Shown here: positions 1 through 13,120 of the stretch, in pieces
Numbering within the stretch: the first letter of the stretch is position 1
How the letters are laid out: the number at the start of each line of letters is the position of its first letter
NCBI GenBank assembly: GCA_025201805.1
Contig: MU619364.1
Location: 15,119-79,118 of the forward strand
DNA: 64,000 nt
Reading direction: 5' to 3'
Origin: Parasitella parasitica NRRL 2501
Taxonomy: Eukaryota > Fungi > Mucoromycota
Program-made: the position numbers and the translations under genes
The notes under the pieces: generated by a model
Told to the model about the DNA's origin: nothing
What the model saw: the letters and a program-made list of their open reading frames with translations, nothing else
Databases searched by the model: none

Positions 1-11
1 TTTCCCTATAG

Positions 12-2648
12 CAACAGCGATGTACAGATATACGATATCCATCAGCAATTAAATATCCAAGGCCAAAATGTATTAATTGGTGTTTTGGACTCAGGTAAGA
101 TAATCCCTTTGAGGGACCACGATTTCCTGGTTGATTCATATATGTATGCACACAATAGGTGTTGACTATACCCATCCGGCTCTTGGTAATGGATTTGGTC
201 CCAAGCACAAAGTCAGTATTGGTAAAAACCTAGTCGAGCCAAGCGACGATAAAAAGTTTGGTGTTAAACCCTTAGGGAAAGATGATCCATTTGATCCTTG
301 TACTGGCGTGGATGCAGGTAATTTAATTTATGTCAATCACAAACACACACACATACCCCTTTTCTTACGAAGAGAATGATAGGCCATGGAACGCATGTCT
401 CTGGAATAATTGCAGGATACGATCCTGCAAAGGTTGGATCAATATAAATCGCACGATATTTCGTATCTAACCGATGAATAGAATTTTACCGGAATTGCTC
501 CCAGAGCTAATTTAGCTGTGTTTCGAGTATTTGGCTGCGAAGGCGGTGCTGGAGAAGACACAATTATAAAAGCTATGGAGATGGCATACGAGGCTGGTAA
601 ATTTATATCTGAAAAGCAAATTGTGTGGGATTTACTCATCCATGTCTATATAATTTAGGCTGCAAGGTTATTAATCTTAGTCTTGGTATAGAAAATAGCT
701 GGCCTGAAGATACAATGTCTGTAGTTGCAGAGCGTTTGTCCAAGCGAGGTGTCCTTGGTAACCTGTTTTGTTCTTAAAGTCTTAATTTGGAGTATACTAA
801 CATGAATGACAGTGGTTGGCGTCGCCGGTAACCAAGGTAGCGATGGCGTTTTCACTCAAAATTCACCTGGCTCTGGAAAAGACGTCTTGTCAGTAGCATC
901 TATCGATAATTCATTTTATCTTTCCAAGGTTATACAGTTTGATTTCATTACTGACGAGTATTTCTGTAAGTTTACATACATGTATTAGTATTTTGAAAGC
1001 TCAAACTAACGCTATGCCTTTAAGCCTATGCTCCCTCCAGCACCACCGACTTTTTTCCTAATGGCACTATCGCTACCATTTTAATGCCGGATAATTCGAT
1101 TCCATTTGGCTGTAAGAATGACACATTGATCACAAAAGAAAATGCCAACGGAAAAATCTTGTTTGTAAAACGTGGCAAATGCACATTTAATGAAAAACTT
1201 GAGGTAGCCAAGCAAGTTGGTGCCATTGCTCTGTTGTTTTATGACCCCGATGTCACAACTAAAAGTGCCATTGTTGCTAAAACTGAGCAGGGGGAGCTTC
1301 CTTGTGTTTGCATTGAACTCAAAGTAGCAACTCGTATCGTCCAGTATCTCCAAGAAAACGGCAATATCAAACCTGTCAGTCTGGATTTTCCCCTGGAGGA
1401 AAAAGTCATTTTCCCTGAAACTGCTGGCCGTATATCTGAATTTTCAAGCACAGGGCCCAATTATGAATTGGATTTGAAGCCTTCACTGACGGGCATAGGT
1501 GGAGACGTATATTCTTGTCTTCCGCTGCATGTTTCAAATGGCTGGGGTGTTCGATCAGGAACATCAATGTCAGCTCCCCATGTTGCTGGTGCTGCTGCCT
1601 TGTTGGTCAACTATTACACCGAACAAAAGATTAAAATCACGCCCAAGTTTATTACGGAAAAATTGCAAAACAACGGTAGATTGATCAAGTCTGACAATGG
1701 CAAATTTGAGAACCCTGTGGTGCAAGGAGCAGGCCTTATTCAACGTATGTATGGAATTTCTTGGCTTATGGATCCTTGAATTAATGTAAACGGATAGCAT
1801 ATGATTCTATTAGGAGCCAGCTTCACATTTCCCCTGCACAGATAAGCTTCAACGACACATCATCCGCAACTAACTACAAGACACACACCTTAAATATAGT
1901 CAATTCAGACAACACGCCTATCGAGATAATATTGGAAAACATTTCATCACAATCAATTCAGCCCTACTCCAATTCATCCAGCTACGTTCCAACAGAACCA
2001 GCAATCAAAGACGGCAATGTTACAGTCGACCTCATTTTCTCTTCTACCAACATAAGAATTCCAGCCAGGTCTAGTGTCAAGGTTAACGTCAAGGTCGTTT
2101 TACCCGACCCACGCAAGATCAAATATCACTATCAAATGTACGGAGGCTTCATTGCATTAACCAATGTCCAGACACAGCAACGCTTAGCAACTGTACCATA
2201 CATTGGAGTTCTTGGAAGAATGATTGACATACCACTGTTTGATAAAGGGTATCCGTATCTGACCAGCTACAATGACGACGATGACGCCAACACAAATCCT
2301 ACCGATTCCTTCATTTACGACAAGAGCAAAGAAACCAAGACTAAACCAGCCATTGCGGTACGGCTACTGACTGGCTCTGCGCAAATGGAAATCAATGTTC
2401 ATCGACTAGATGGCACACTCGTGGGCCCAATGGATAATGGATCGTACTCTTATAATCAGCGAAACAAACTGACAGAGTACGACTCGATTATTGAGTGGAA
2501 CGGCAAAATCGTAAAGGACTACAGAACAACACCCGTCTCAGATGGTGTCTACTATCTACATTTGAGAGCTTTAAAGCACTTTGGCAACCCAAAAAACGCT
2601 CAGGATTGGCAGGAATGGAAATCAGGACCGATACTAGTAAAATCCTGA
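12..2648 (+). CDS. Subtilisin-like serine protease (S8 + PA + Fn3-like domain), multi-exon, 5' end outside window
   Basis: Catalytic triad motifs across spliced exons: VLDSG (~82-96), GHGTHVSG (~383-405), SGTSMSAPHVAG (~1555-1590); PA motif VKRGKCTF; SFNDT and YGGFI in the C-terminal domain; GT-AG introns; TGA at 2646-2648. Confidence 0.9.
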
Positions 2649-2798
2649 GGTTCTCGATCGGAATTTTCTATTTTCCATGTTTCTTTCATCGAATGGCACT
2701 ATAAATACAAGGTTGTTTGCCGAGGAAATAAAGCGCTCTTTCCTTTGCTTGCTCTGCTCTTTTCCAATAACAAATAAATAATAATAATACTAATATTA

Positions 2799-5700
2799 AT
2801 GAAAATACCATTACTATCTACTGCCATGTTGCTGTGTGTAGCCGGCATACATGGTGATAAATTACAGCAGCAACAAAAAAGAGACGGATATCTGGACTCC
2901 ATCTTGACAAATCCAAAGTTCAAACCAAATGCACTGGGCAACGTAATTCCCGGCAGATTTATCATTGAGTTTGAGCAAAGCTTCAGAGGCTCATCGCTGG
3001 AATTTGTGAACGACATTGAAGCCGAAATTGACATCAATCCGCGTGTAAAGATGAACATTGCTCAAGACTACAATTCGTCGCCATCCTTGTTTCGAGGTGT
3101 GTCTATCTCAGTAGACCAGCCCTCCACCTCTCCGTTTGCAAGAAGATCTGATCAAGAAGAGGAGCTGCATATGCAATCCATCCAAAATACCGTGTTGCGG
3201 AAATTATTAGAGCAGAATCGTGTCAAGCACATCTATCCTGTCACTGAGATTGCCAGGCCCAATGTGCTCAACATGTCGCCCAATATTGGAGCATACGCCA
3301 TAGATCAAGACGGCCAGATTGTTCCAAGCGCCCCCAAACTGGAGCTGCCAGAGAACGGCAGCCCGTTGCCTTTTACTCATGCCATGACCCAAGTGGATAA
3401 AGTGCATGCCAAGTTCAAAGGGAATGGAGTACTGATCGGAATTATTGATTCAGGTATCGACTACCGCCATCCTGCCTTTGGGAGCGGATTTGGCCCAGGA
3501 TACCAAGTTCGTTTTGGCTACGATTTAGTGGGCAATCAGTTCAACTCGAGAGACCCCTTTTCGAGAAAACAAAGAGAAACCCCTTTAGATGCCTGCGAAG
3601 AAGGAAACGGTAGCGTATAGATTGCTGGTAGCTGTACCAACGTGAGACTGACAAAAAAAGTAGGTCATGGAACACATGTTGCTGGTATCATTGCCGCCAA
3701 TGATAAATTGTTTGTACGTACAGACATAATAATTGCCTTTATATCTCATGAGAACCCTGACGATTTAATCTTACTCATGCTGTAGAACTTTACCGGTGTA
3801 GCCCCAGAAGTGACGCTTGGTGCGTGGAGAATATTTGGCTGTGATGGCGCCACCTCCAATGACCTAGTCATTCAAGCGTTGATTAGCGCCCATGAGGCGG
3901 GCTGCGATATTATCAACCTCAGTTTGGGCAGCTCCAGTAATTGGGCAGACGATCCCACAGCCATCATTGCTAATCGCATTGCAGCAAGTGGTTCAATTGG
4001 TAATGTTTAAAACCAGCAAACCGTGATTCGATTAATTGGCTCACATGAAAAGTTTGTATAGTGATCGCTGCTGCAGGGAATGACGGTTCTGAAGGCGCAT
4101 TTTTCATATCCTCGCCTGGCAGTGGTACAGGGCCTCTTGCTGTGGCATCTGTCGACAATGAATATAATCTCCAACAGGCTGTGCAGGTCGAAAATGGAGC
4201 AGAGTATCGTAAGTTTGGCAATTTTCTCTTTTAGCAGCCTGGCAAGAACTGAATGTCATATGTAGCCTACATGTTATCTAGCAGCACCAAAGAATTTCCA
4301 TCAGGAAAACTAGTCAACTACATCAACTCTGAATCAACAGAAGACGCTTGTCAAGGAACTCGACCCAACAATTCTCTCAAGGATAAGCTTGTCCTTGTCC
4401 AAAGAGGTAAATGTACTTTTGATGAGAAAGCTGCCATGGTCGCGCAGTATGGTGCTGCTGGCATTGTTGTTTACGATAACCAAGATGAAGCTGGCTTCAG
4501 ACCTCAAGCACTAGAAACCAAGTTGCCGTTGGCCTCCATCTCTATGAGCGCAGGAAAAGAATTGAAGAAAATGCTGAATACAAACTCTACACTTGTCAAG
4601 GATGGCGTTTACCTCAACTTCAAAACAAATTTGACTCCCCAAAAAGTGCCCACTGCTAGGAAAGTGTCGAAGTTCTCTAGCGTCGGCCCCTTGTACGATA
4701 TGAGCTTGAAGCCTGATATCTCTGGCCCCGGTGGCTATATCTTTTCAACCTTGCCTATCCCAAATGGCGGCTACGGTTTGTTGTCTGGTACCTCAATGGC
4801 TGCCCCTTACATTGCAGGTTCGTTTGCTCTGTTTTTGGAGGCTCATGGCAAAAATGTTACTTCGCATTACCTTAAAGAGCACTTTCAGAACTACGCCAAG
4901 CCATCTACAACTACACAAGGCATTCATCTCGATAACCCAGCTCGTCAAGGCGCAGGATTAATTCAATGTAAGTGCTGCTTCTCAGGCTTCATAAGTAGAA
5001 ACTGACTTTAGTTGTCTGATTAGTGCTGGACACTATTAATCAGCCTATGCATGTCTCTCCTGGGTCCCTCAGTTTTAATGACACTGCAAACATCAAGCCT
5101 CAGATACTGAAGATCTCCAATCCTTCCAACCAAACAGTAGCCTATAAAGTGCATCATCGCCCCAGTTTAGCCATTTCTCCCTACAACACCACTTTGCAAG
5201 GTTATGCGCCGCTCAGTCCACCACAATACGCTGCTGAAAAAGTCAAGGCAGACATAGAGTTTTCATTCACAGAAGTGACATTGAAGCCTGGAGAATCTGC
5301 AGAGCTGAAGCTGAGAGTCAAACGCATTGGAGGCAACTACCGAGACCAGCCATACCCCATTTACGGCGGATATGTCCAGTTTGTGCCTGTCAACAATTCC
5401 GCATTAAAGTCGATCCAAGTTCCTTATGTTGGAATTCGAGGCTCGCTCTCTGAACTCCCCATCTTTGATGCCAGCTTTCCTCGTTTCATGCTGACCAACA
5501 GCACTCAGCTGTTTGAAAAGGACGTTGGAAAGGGCAAGAGCATCATAGGGTTTGTCATTCAGAGATCTAGCTTTGCGTCTTCTTTTGTCACATCCATGTT
5601 CCGTCTGCTTACTGGTACTCCTCATATCATCACTGAAGTGTTGGATGCTAATATGACAAAGATCGGCGTATTCTCAGAGGACCATTATCTGTCAAGGAAT

Positions 5701-5916
5701 ACAATGCAGGAGCTTGATTTCATTTTCACTCAACGCTGGAATGGAACTGTTATTCCTGTCACTGCTACAGAGAATGAAAATATTGTAGGCGAAGCTGTTG
5801 CCCTGAAGCCGGGTTTCTACTTTTTGAAATGGAAGGCTTTGAAACTGATGTCAGATGCGTCTCGTCCAGAGAGTTGGTTTACAAAGGTGTCTCCACCCAT
5901 TTTGATTAAAAATTAA
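2799..5916 (+). CDS. Secreted subtilisin-like serine protease (signal peptide, propeptide, S8, PA, Fn3-like); tandem paralog of the upstream gene
   Basis: Hydrophobic N-terminus MKIPLLSTAMLLCVAG; IIDSG, GHGTHVAG (~3664), SGTSMAAP; VQRGKCTF; QGAGLI; same C-terminal layout as gene 1. Confidence 0.92.
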
Positions 5917-5962
5917 TGTCTTTGAGGAATAAAATGTCTTAATTGCAAAACTTTACATTTTT

Positions 5963-6378
5963 AAGATGAGTGCAGTATTTTTGATTGAAGAGGGACATGG
6001 GGGATGTTCTCAATGAAAATGGCGGTCCTGAGTCCTTGGGAGTACATTGTTGGATCAGAATGAGATTGTTGTTGAAACAATTGCGACTCACACTGATTAC
6101 TTGGAAAACTTTGCTTCCAGCGAATCTTTGGCTTGCCCAATGCAAATTGAAAAGCCAAAAGATGATGACATTCATATGAAGGAGGCAAGCATAAAATGGG
6201 ATTATGTTCGGTATACGATCCAGGATAAGGTTTGATTTTTCGATCTGAAGATTGAAAAGTGCAGCCAAGCAGTTGAGCATTCACATATGAAATGCACTGT
6301 TTATAACATTATTATGAGAAATAAATGCAATCTTCCATTAAAAAGAGCAGATTTTTCATTCTGTCGAGAGGAATACAG
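5963..6378 (+). pseudogene. Left arm of element A: internally deleted IS630/Tc1 transposase 5' fragment
   Basis: HTH-region peptide followed by KCNLPLKRADF/HSVERN, alignable to ITLKKLEKIPAARN of the intact transposase at 31278. Confidence 0.7.
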
Positions 6379-7994
6379 TAGTCCAGTAAAGTCTTTGACA
6401 GAGACGATGAAACACATCAAGTAAAAGAAAGAGTTGTGGCATGTCCATGATCAGCTTTGATAAATCGCGAATGGAGTTTGGAACCGTGATAGCAGCGAGC
6501 TCATAAAACATGTACAAACCAGCGAATGGAAGCGTCATAACGTAAAATGAGACCGTGTTTCCCACAACTTAGGGGCCAAGTACACCATCCATGCCATATT
6601 CATCAAGAGCATTCTTGCAAAATATCGCCACACGCATGAGGTCACTGCAGAGCATCAAGTTGCTGTCGGATTCCACCGTCGGTTTGGCCTCCCTGTATGC
6701 GCTGCTTACCATCCAATGCACGCCTCGGGAACGCGTTATAGTAATTTCGGGACACACGTTCGTCAGCAGGTCCTTTTTCTTCACCTCCATAGTGCATTCA
6801 TCAAGCCAGCGGAAGAAGACGCCTTGAGATGGATTGTTAAAGAGGCCACACAAGAAAGGTTCCACAAAGCGGGTGTTTTGCTCCATTTCTCGAAGCCCTC
6901 TGTTAAGAGCAGCGTCAGGCAATTTGTGAATCAAATTAATAATAGCATCTCTAATTTGACGCTGCCGCTCATCCAGTTTTAACAACATAAGCTGAAAAAT
7001 GGCAGCATCACGATCGATCAGATGCTTGTCCAAATTGTCCAAGATTTCCACCATGCTTTTCATCAATTCCAATGGCATGGAGTCTCGTGTAAGCTTGTAC
7101 TTGGACTGTATGCAACGCACCGTGGTGACAAGACCCGCGTCAGTGAAAAAAGGGGCCAGGTCATATGGGTAATGATGAGGGGATAAAAGTAGAATGTGCG
7201 ACGCTACCAGGGCAAGATGGACGTGATTTCCCAAGGTGTATTTCCACAGACGTCCAGGGATGGATATTTGCATATCATGAAATGCTTGGGAAACGTCGAA
7301 TTCGTCTGCCATCAAATGTCCGTCTGAATTCAGAGGATACACGGTGTATCCAGAACCACCCAGTTTTTCCTTCTCAAACTGGCTGTTATATCAGTAACAT
7401 GGCGAGGTCTCACGTCAAGATCTCAGATCAGTCCCAGGGTCTTACAGTAAATCATGGGTAGTCATGATTTACATTATGCAGTTAGACAGTAGAAACCTAG
7501 TGTAGTTCTTTGGCAGATTTATTTTATCAGACTTTTGACATATCACTGGCCACCAATGTCATCATCGTTAGGTTTTTGTCTCTTCACAGGCACAGTTTTG
7601 GCGGGAGCGATTTTTCGGTGGACGCGGAATGAGTTGGCAATGTGCTTTTGGACAATGCAGCAGGAAGAATGGCTGAGTGCTTTTCATACAAATGCTCCTT
7701 TAAATCGTTGAGATTTTTACGATAAAATCGACAGACTGGACATTCATGATAGTATTCCACAACGTCAGGAAGCGTTTTATTTGCTTTAGCAGTGATGTAG
7801 ACAATTTCATTGGTGTCTTGGCGTTTTGGCCTGTTGGAGGTAGCAGGAAAATCGAAGCTGTGTTGTGTTTCAAAGTGTGAACGATATCGTTGCATAGAAG
7901 AAGCAGTGTGATTGCAACCATCTTCTAAACAAACAAGCTTATAAAAGCATACAAGCTTCATGAGAAGGAAAAAGGATGAAAAAGAGGCATGCAA
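6356..7994 (-). pseudogene. Cargo of element A: probable N-terminal pair of C2H2 zinc fingers plus C-terminal PD-(D/E)xK-like nuclease domain, disrupted
   Basis: CLEDGC..HFETQH and CPVC..HLYEKH (7584-7994); FFRW..CPEITI..REAK..DLMRVAIFCKNALD..LG(stop)VVGNTVSFY..GLYMFYEL (6356-7342), collinear with the element B cargo. In-frame TAA at ~6569; the link between the ZnF and nuclease parts is inferred. Confidence 0.65.
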
Positions 7995-7999
7995 AAATC

Positions 8000-8103
8000 T
8001 TAGCCATTGCCTAACAAATGTTAATCATTACCTAACAAATGTTAGCCATTACTTTACAATGTTAGCCATTGCCTAACAAATGCTAGCCACTGCCTAATAA
8101 TTG
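8000..8103. repeat. Five-copy ~21-bp tandem repeat (consensus TTAGCCATTGCCTAACAAATG)
   Basis: Units at 8000, 8021, 8042, 8062 and 8083, read directly. Confidence 0.9.
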
Positions 8104-8199
8104 TCATTTCGCAGTTTCTGAAAAAAAGTTCAAGTAAATGATAAAAGTCATGGTGCTTGTGATAATATATATTAGAGAAAAAGAGGAATAGCTTTGTTT

Positions 8200-9420
8200 C
8201 ATTTATAATGAACATGCAAAGAGAATGTATTATGAATTAAGCTACGGTATCTACATCATATCTTCAAGTTCAAGGTAGTCTTCAAAAATGGTTATGACTA
8301 TCTATTGACAAACATCTGTAAATTTGTCTGTCGACTTTGGATCAAAAACCTTTAATTGGATTTAGGAACAGAGAGAAAGGTTGAAGATGAACACATTTAT
8401 GTCCTTAATTTTTATACAAAAAAAACAGTTTTCCTGAATGGGTGTGTTATCCTGGAGGCAGATTGTTTCATTTTCTCTGGCATTTTCTGATACCCTCAGT
8501 TGATCCGGCATCTTCTAATGTGGAAGGTCTTTTCAGACAAGTCCCAAACTGGCTTCTCTATATCCAGTTGTACATTAGAGCAGCTAGTCAAACCTGTGCC
8601 ATCTTTTCCATAATATCGGAATGGTTCTACAAAAAGTGTGTGTCTTTGCAAAGCCAGGTGTTTAGATTTTAGGCGCTTAATTTTTTGGTCCCCGCAAACT
8701 TCAGTGTGTTATCAGAAAGAAGACAAAAACTGTAAGGAAATAATGTTAAGCGATTTTGAACACAAAAACAAATAATTCAAAGTAATACATTAGACTATAA
8801 GGCACCTTTTGATTATACATTTGCATAGTTTTGAGCAAGTTTTTGTACTTTTTAAGTTGATATCAGATGAAGGTGGCGAGTTTTCGGAAAAATATTTCAC
8901 AGAATCGGAGCGTGGGACCTTCAGACTAGGTACAGACATACAAGTAATATCATTAGAAAGCCAAGAGGCACAAAATTTAGATGAACTAGGTTGCAAATGT
9001 TTTTTTCTTGAGTTGGGTAAGCTATGGCTTCTCAAAGCTAATGCTTTCTTAGAAAAAAAAAAACCCTCTTTTCTTCGATCGCGGAGATTAAACGCGTCCA
9101 AAATCAGGAAGCAAAAATTCTTTCAGAAACTCCATTTGGACAATTCGAAAACAAAATTACTCCTTTGAGGCAAGATATCATCTTCCGATACTATGTATAC
9201 CACGGCTGTCAGTTAATGATCATAGATGTGTTTTTGGGCGCTCTACAAGCTGGTATCATTTTCATGAATCCCGTATGCTTATGGAAGAAATTCTGTCGAG
9301 AAAATCTCAAAAGCAGATTAAGAGGTAAAAGTCAATATTTTGCTTAGTCAGAGCGCATTTTTAGTCTTTCAGATCAAGGAATGGCCTTGTACGATCATTT
9401 TCCTCCAATATATACCATAG
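8200..9420 (-). pseudogene. Degenerate coding-like segment inside element A, family unassigned
   Basis: Fragmented minus-strand frames with intron-like gaps; weak resemblance to the N-terminal part of the B cargo (W..QNI, DFW). Confidence 0.25.
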
Positions 9421-10057
9421 TAAAAAGTTGCATTTTTGGGGTCAAAATCGAGGATAATGCACTTTCAATGATTTTGGATGTGTAGACACAAGGAAAAAAT
9501 TGAAAAAATTTGTCATTTTTGCATCGAAAAAAAAATCATGCTCAAATTGCACCAAAATCATATATAATATAGTCTTTTGCCAATGTATACTATTTCTGGT
9601 ATTTTCAGGGCACTTTTGATTATGAAAATCAACAAAAAAAATGGCACAAAAAGCTGAAGTTCTTGCTTTTAAGCTGTAAAAAATATCTGTCTGAAGATGG
9701 TATCAAGTCAACATCAATTCTAGTACATGACACAGCTCTATAAAGTAAGCTTTTTGGTACCACAAGTATACCTTTCTTCATAGTAATATGATGAAACAGG
9801 TGTGGCCCATCGAGTTGAAAGCAGAAGAGGAATAATTTACAAGTCGCTAATTGCTAGTGACAGAGAAGCCATATACCATTGTTGCTTATAGTAATGCTCA
9901 ATGTCAGTTCAAGAGTTCATTTTTTTGTAATCCTAATGTTGAACATGTAAAAATAGAAAGTAAAATAGAGGTTAGGATTGAGGTTGAAGGTAATTTTATT
10001 AACAAAAGTTAAGCCTCATAATAAGCTTCTGGTAGGTTCCAGGTTCCAGGCACTGTA

Positions 10058-10150
10058 CTGTAGAGTATCAAATTCTGAATAGCGGATAACACTCGCTATA
10101 CCAAACAAATTTTTGTATACCAACCTGTCCGTTATAACGAGTCCCGACTG
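10058..10150. mobile_element. Possible short pogo/Tigger-like MITE remnant
   Basis: Right end CGTTATAACGAGTCCCGACTG|TA resembles pogo-type TIRs; left end TA|CTGTAG is degenerate. Confidence 0.35.
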
Positions 10151-10799
10151 TAAATTCTCTCTTTGATATTGGATAAACTGACTTGACTCAACAGATGTAA
10201 CATAAAATGATAATGTAAAGTTATAAAAATAGAAATTCCCATTTGCTTGAATATGCTATGATTTTTGAAAAGACACATAATTAAATAATTGGTTTAAACC
10301 TAGATTCAGGGATAAACTGCCATTTTGTAAATGCAGCTTGATACTTTTAAACCTTTTTTAGTTTAAATGCCTATGCAGCTCTATGGACTTGTCTAAATAT
10401 TTGAGCTTATTTAGACGTCTAATTTCTAACGGGTATATTTGGAATAATTTATCAACATTTAAACATTATGGAATTCAAACAATTTTGTATTCTGGTTAAT
10501 TGATGATTGTTCAGTTTCAGGTTCTAAAGTACATGTCGTTAGTGTCGATAAAGAGTTTTCATTGCATGAAAAATGAGATAATAAAAAACCCAAATAATCA
10601 TTCATTTAAAAATACCTATTACTCCTGCACAATGGCTGTTTGATCAAAAATAAAATAATTAGAACGCCGCAATTTCGCATATCATTATAAAATGTTCTCT
10701 ATTCTTGGGCATTTTTAATCTAAAATAGAAATCTAAAAATGTGCTTGTATTTAATACTTGTCCCTGCTTGAAATATTCTTAGGGGGACATTTCTCTTCT

Positions 10800-11572
10800 C
10801 TCAGAGACATCTCAGTTTTCATCAGAAATAAAAAGTTTGTTATCAGAAATCCTTCCGTAATTCCTTTTGATAATGTGTCTTCCTGCCACTGCCCAAACTG
10901 TTCTATTGGATTAAGCTCAGGAGAATAGGTAGGAAGATACGCTTTATTTATATCCTCGATACTCAACATACTTCTTTATGTTTTCATGTGTGTGAATGGG
11001 TGTATTATCCATGAACTACGCAGTGACCTTTCATATGTGAATGTTTACTCTTTTCAGTGAGAGTTGTTTTAAAGAAACTGATGTAGTGGCCTGTCTTTTC
11101 AATGGAAGGCTGCATTTACTTTTCATAATAATGTTATAAACAGTGCATTTCGTATGTGAATGCTCAACTGCTTGGCTGCACTTTTTAATCTTCAGATCGA
11201 AAAATCAAACCTTATCCTGGATCGTATACCGAACATAATCCCATTTTATGCTTGCCTCCTTCATATGAATGTCATCATCTTTTGGCTTTTCAATTTGCAT
11301 TGGGCAAGCCAAAGATTCGCTGGAAGCAAAGTTTTCCAAGTAATCAGTGTGAGTCGCAATTGTTTCAACAACGATCTCATTCTGATCCAACAATGTACTC
11401 CCAAGGACTCAGGACCGCCATTTTCATTGAGAACATCCCCCATGTCCCTCTTCAATCAAAAATACTGCACCGATCTTCGCTATTTGGAATCACTGTGAAC
11501 ACCGTCATCTTTAAATTTACAGGCAATTTATATTAGTCGAACTGGGGTGTATCGAGTTGATCTTCAAACATG
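10800..11572 (-). pseudogene. Right side of element A: internally deleted IS630/Tc1 transposase
   Basis: N-terminal arm sequence, then TGHYISFFKTTL..MKGH..DNTPIH..YLPTYSPELNPIEQF (DDE_3 catalytic D and E motifs) with frameshifts. Confidence 0.85.
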
Positions 11573-11705
11573 ATTTGTTGCTAGCTGAATTTTCTTTCTA
11601 CTTGATTTTTTTTTTTTTGCCTTCTCATTACATATAGTGCATTAGTTTGCTATCATTTGTTGTGGCAACCATAGTATTTTTATTTGAAAATTAGCAGCAA
11701 TTATA

Positions 11706-12169
11706 ATGTCTGATGGAGACAAGATGAGGACATCAGTGAACCGACTCTTTGTTGAGTCTGGCGAAAAGGATAGGTAGACATGATGCATTTTATGCGTTTG
11801 ATTTAATGCTGATTGAAACCAGACTTTTGCAATTGCTACGGGCTCGTCTCTCCGATTCTGGATGGACGGATAGTTTAGACGCTTATAGTCGAGGTAATGG
11901 CAGATATGATCCATAGAGTTGGCTCAACACTCACACAAGTTTGGCGTCCATCTAGACGTTATCAAGGCTAAAAATTTACAAGAAATTTCGTTTGAAGGTC
12001 TGATTAGAGAAATTGGAGATCATGGCAGATGTACTATATTGTGTTTCTTGTAAATATAACAAATTTCTAATATGTGTGTGTATTTTTTTTTCCAGCAACT
12101 GTCAGCGAAACAATCAAAAAGGATTTATTAGAGAGCATAAAAAAGTTCTTGGATGATCATCTTGGATAA
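11706..12169 (+). CDS. SUS1: Transcription and mRNA export factor Sus1/ENY2 (4 exons; not in ORF track)
   Basis: Spliced translation MSDGDKMRTSVNRLFVESGEKDR|LLQLLRARLSDSGWTDSLDAYSR|DVIKAKNLQEISFEGLIREIGDHGR|STVSETIKKDLLESIKKFLDDHLG*, matching the ENY2 pattern ESGE.DRL..LL..RL...GW; GT-AG introns. Confidence 0.88.
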
Positions 12170-12197
12170 GTCTGCTTTTTTTTTTTTTTTTTTTTTT

Positions 12198-12949
12198 TTA
12201 GTGAGCAACAACCTCATTCACTTCCTCAACAACACCGCGTATGATCGGCTTTGTTTCCCTCAAATTCAAACGCATAGCTAAAGCATCCTCGCCATCGGCG
12301 TAATACTTTTTCTCGATATCATGCACACTAATCAAAATATCCATAAATACACGGTGAATAAACAAACACATCAAAGCAATCACTTACTCAAATTTCAAGG
12401 TATCTCTATAAAGGCCAATGGCAGCACGGTTGGTTTTACGAACATGCAACGAGACATAGTGTGCTCCAAAGACTGTGGCCATTTGAGCAGTGGCTTGAGT
12501 CATTAGTTTTTGAGCAAGGCCTAAGCGTCTATAAGTGCGCATAACAGATAAAGATGTGATATGACCATGGGGGGCATCTGAAGGCTCTTCTTCCCTGTTG
12601 GATTTCATATATTACTATTTTGCATTTTTCAACACATTATCAACCTGCATTTACATCTTTGCCAATACGTAGCCAACAACCTTCCCATTTTCATCTTCTG
12701 CCACAAAAGATAATTGAGGCCAAGTTAAAGCATGGTAAAGATCTAATGTTCGCAAAAGAGTCAGAAATCGCAATACAAAATGCAGGGTGTTTTTTACATG
12801 TTTACAATATTTCATTTGGTAGTTTTCGGGAAGGTCCAATAGATTACAGTTTTGGATATAGATCATATCGTCGACCTGTGTGAGCATGAGTTTCTCTAGA
12901 TATCTGAAAAGCAATTATAAACACTTACGGTGGCCTGTCTAATATTCAT
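12198..12949 (-). CDS. ARD1: N-terminal acetyltransferase A catalytic subunit (NatA)
   Basis: MNIRQAT|..[15 protein letters not shown]|[25 protein letters not shown]|..[33 protein letters not shown]. Confidence 0.95.
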
Positions 12950-13120
12950 GATGGCTATATTATGTTAGGTTGGAAAATAAAGAGAGAAAGCGAATGATGT
13001 TTAGACACAATCTTTTTAGACTAAAAGCCACTAGTCAACTCAAGTTTCGTGTCGCTTTTAAACAACCGCTAAAACATCTCTTCTCTCTTTCAAGGTCATT
13101 ACTGGAACGATAGAAGAACA

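Larger units (their letters stand above)
5963..11477. mobile_element. Element A: decayed composite/foldback element with inverted Tc1/IS630-transposase-derived arms and nuclease-like cargo
   Basis: 5963-6346 and 11093-11477 are reverse complements with only a few substitutions; arms encode a transposase N-terminus (MKEASIKWDYVRYTIQDKVxFFDLKI..AAKQLSIH); the interior carries a PD-(D/E)xK-like pseudogene. Outer ends and TSD not resolved. Confidence 0.7.

Noticed and set aside
8000-8103. CRISPR array
   Set aside because: Units are contiguous with no unique spacers; eukaryotic context; no cas genes.
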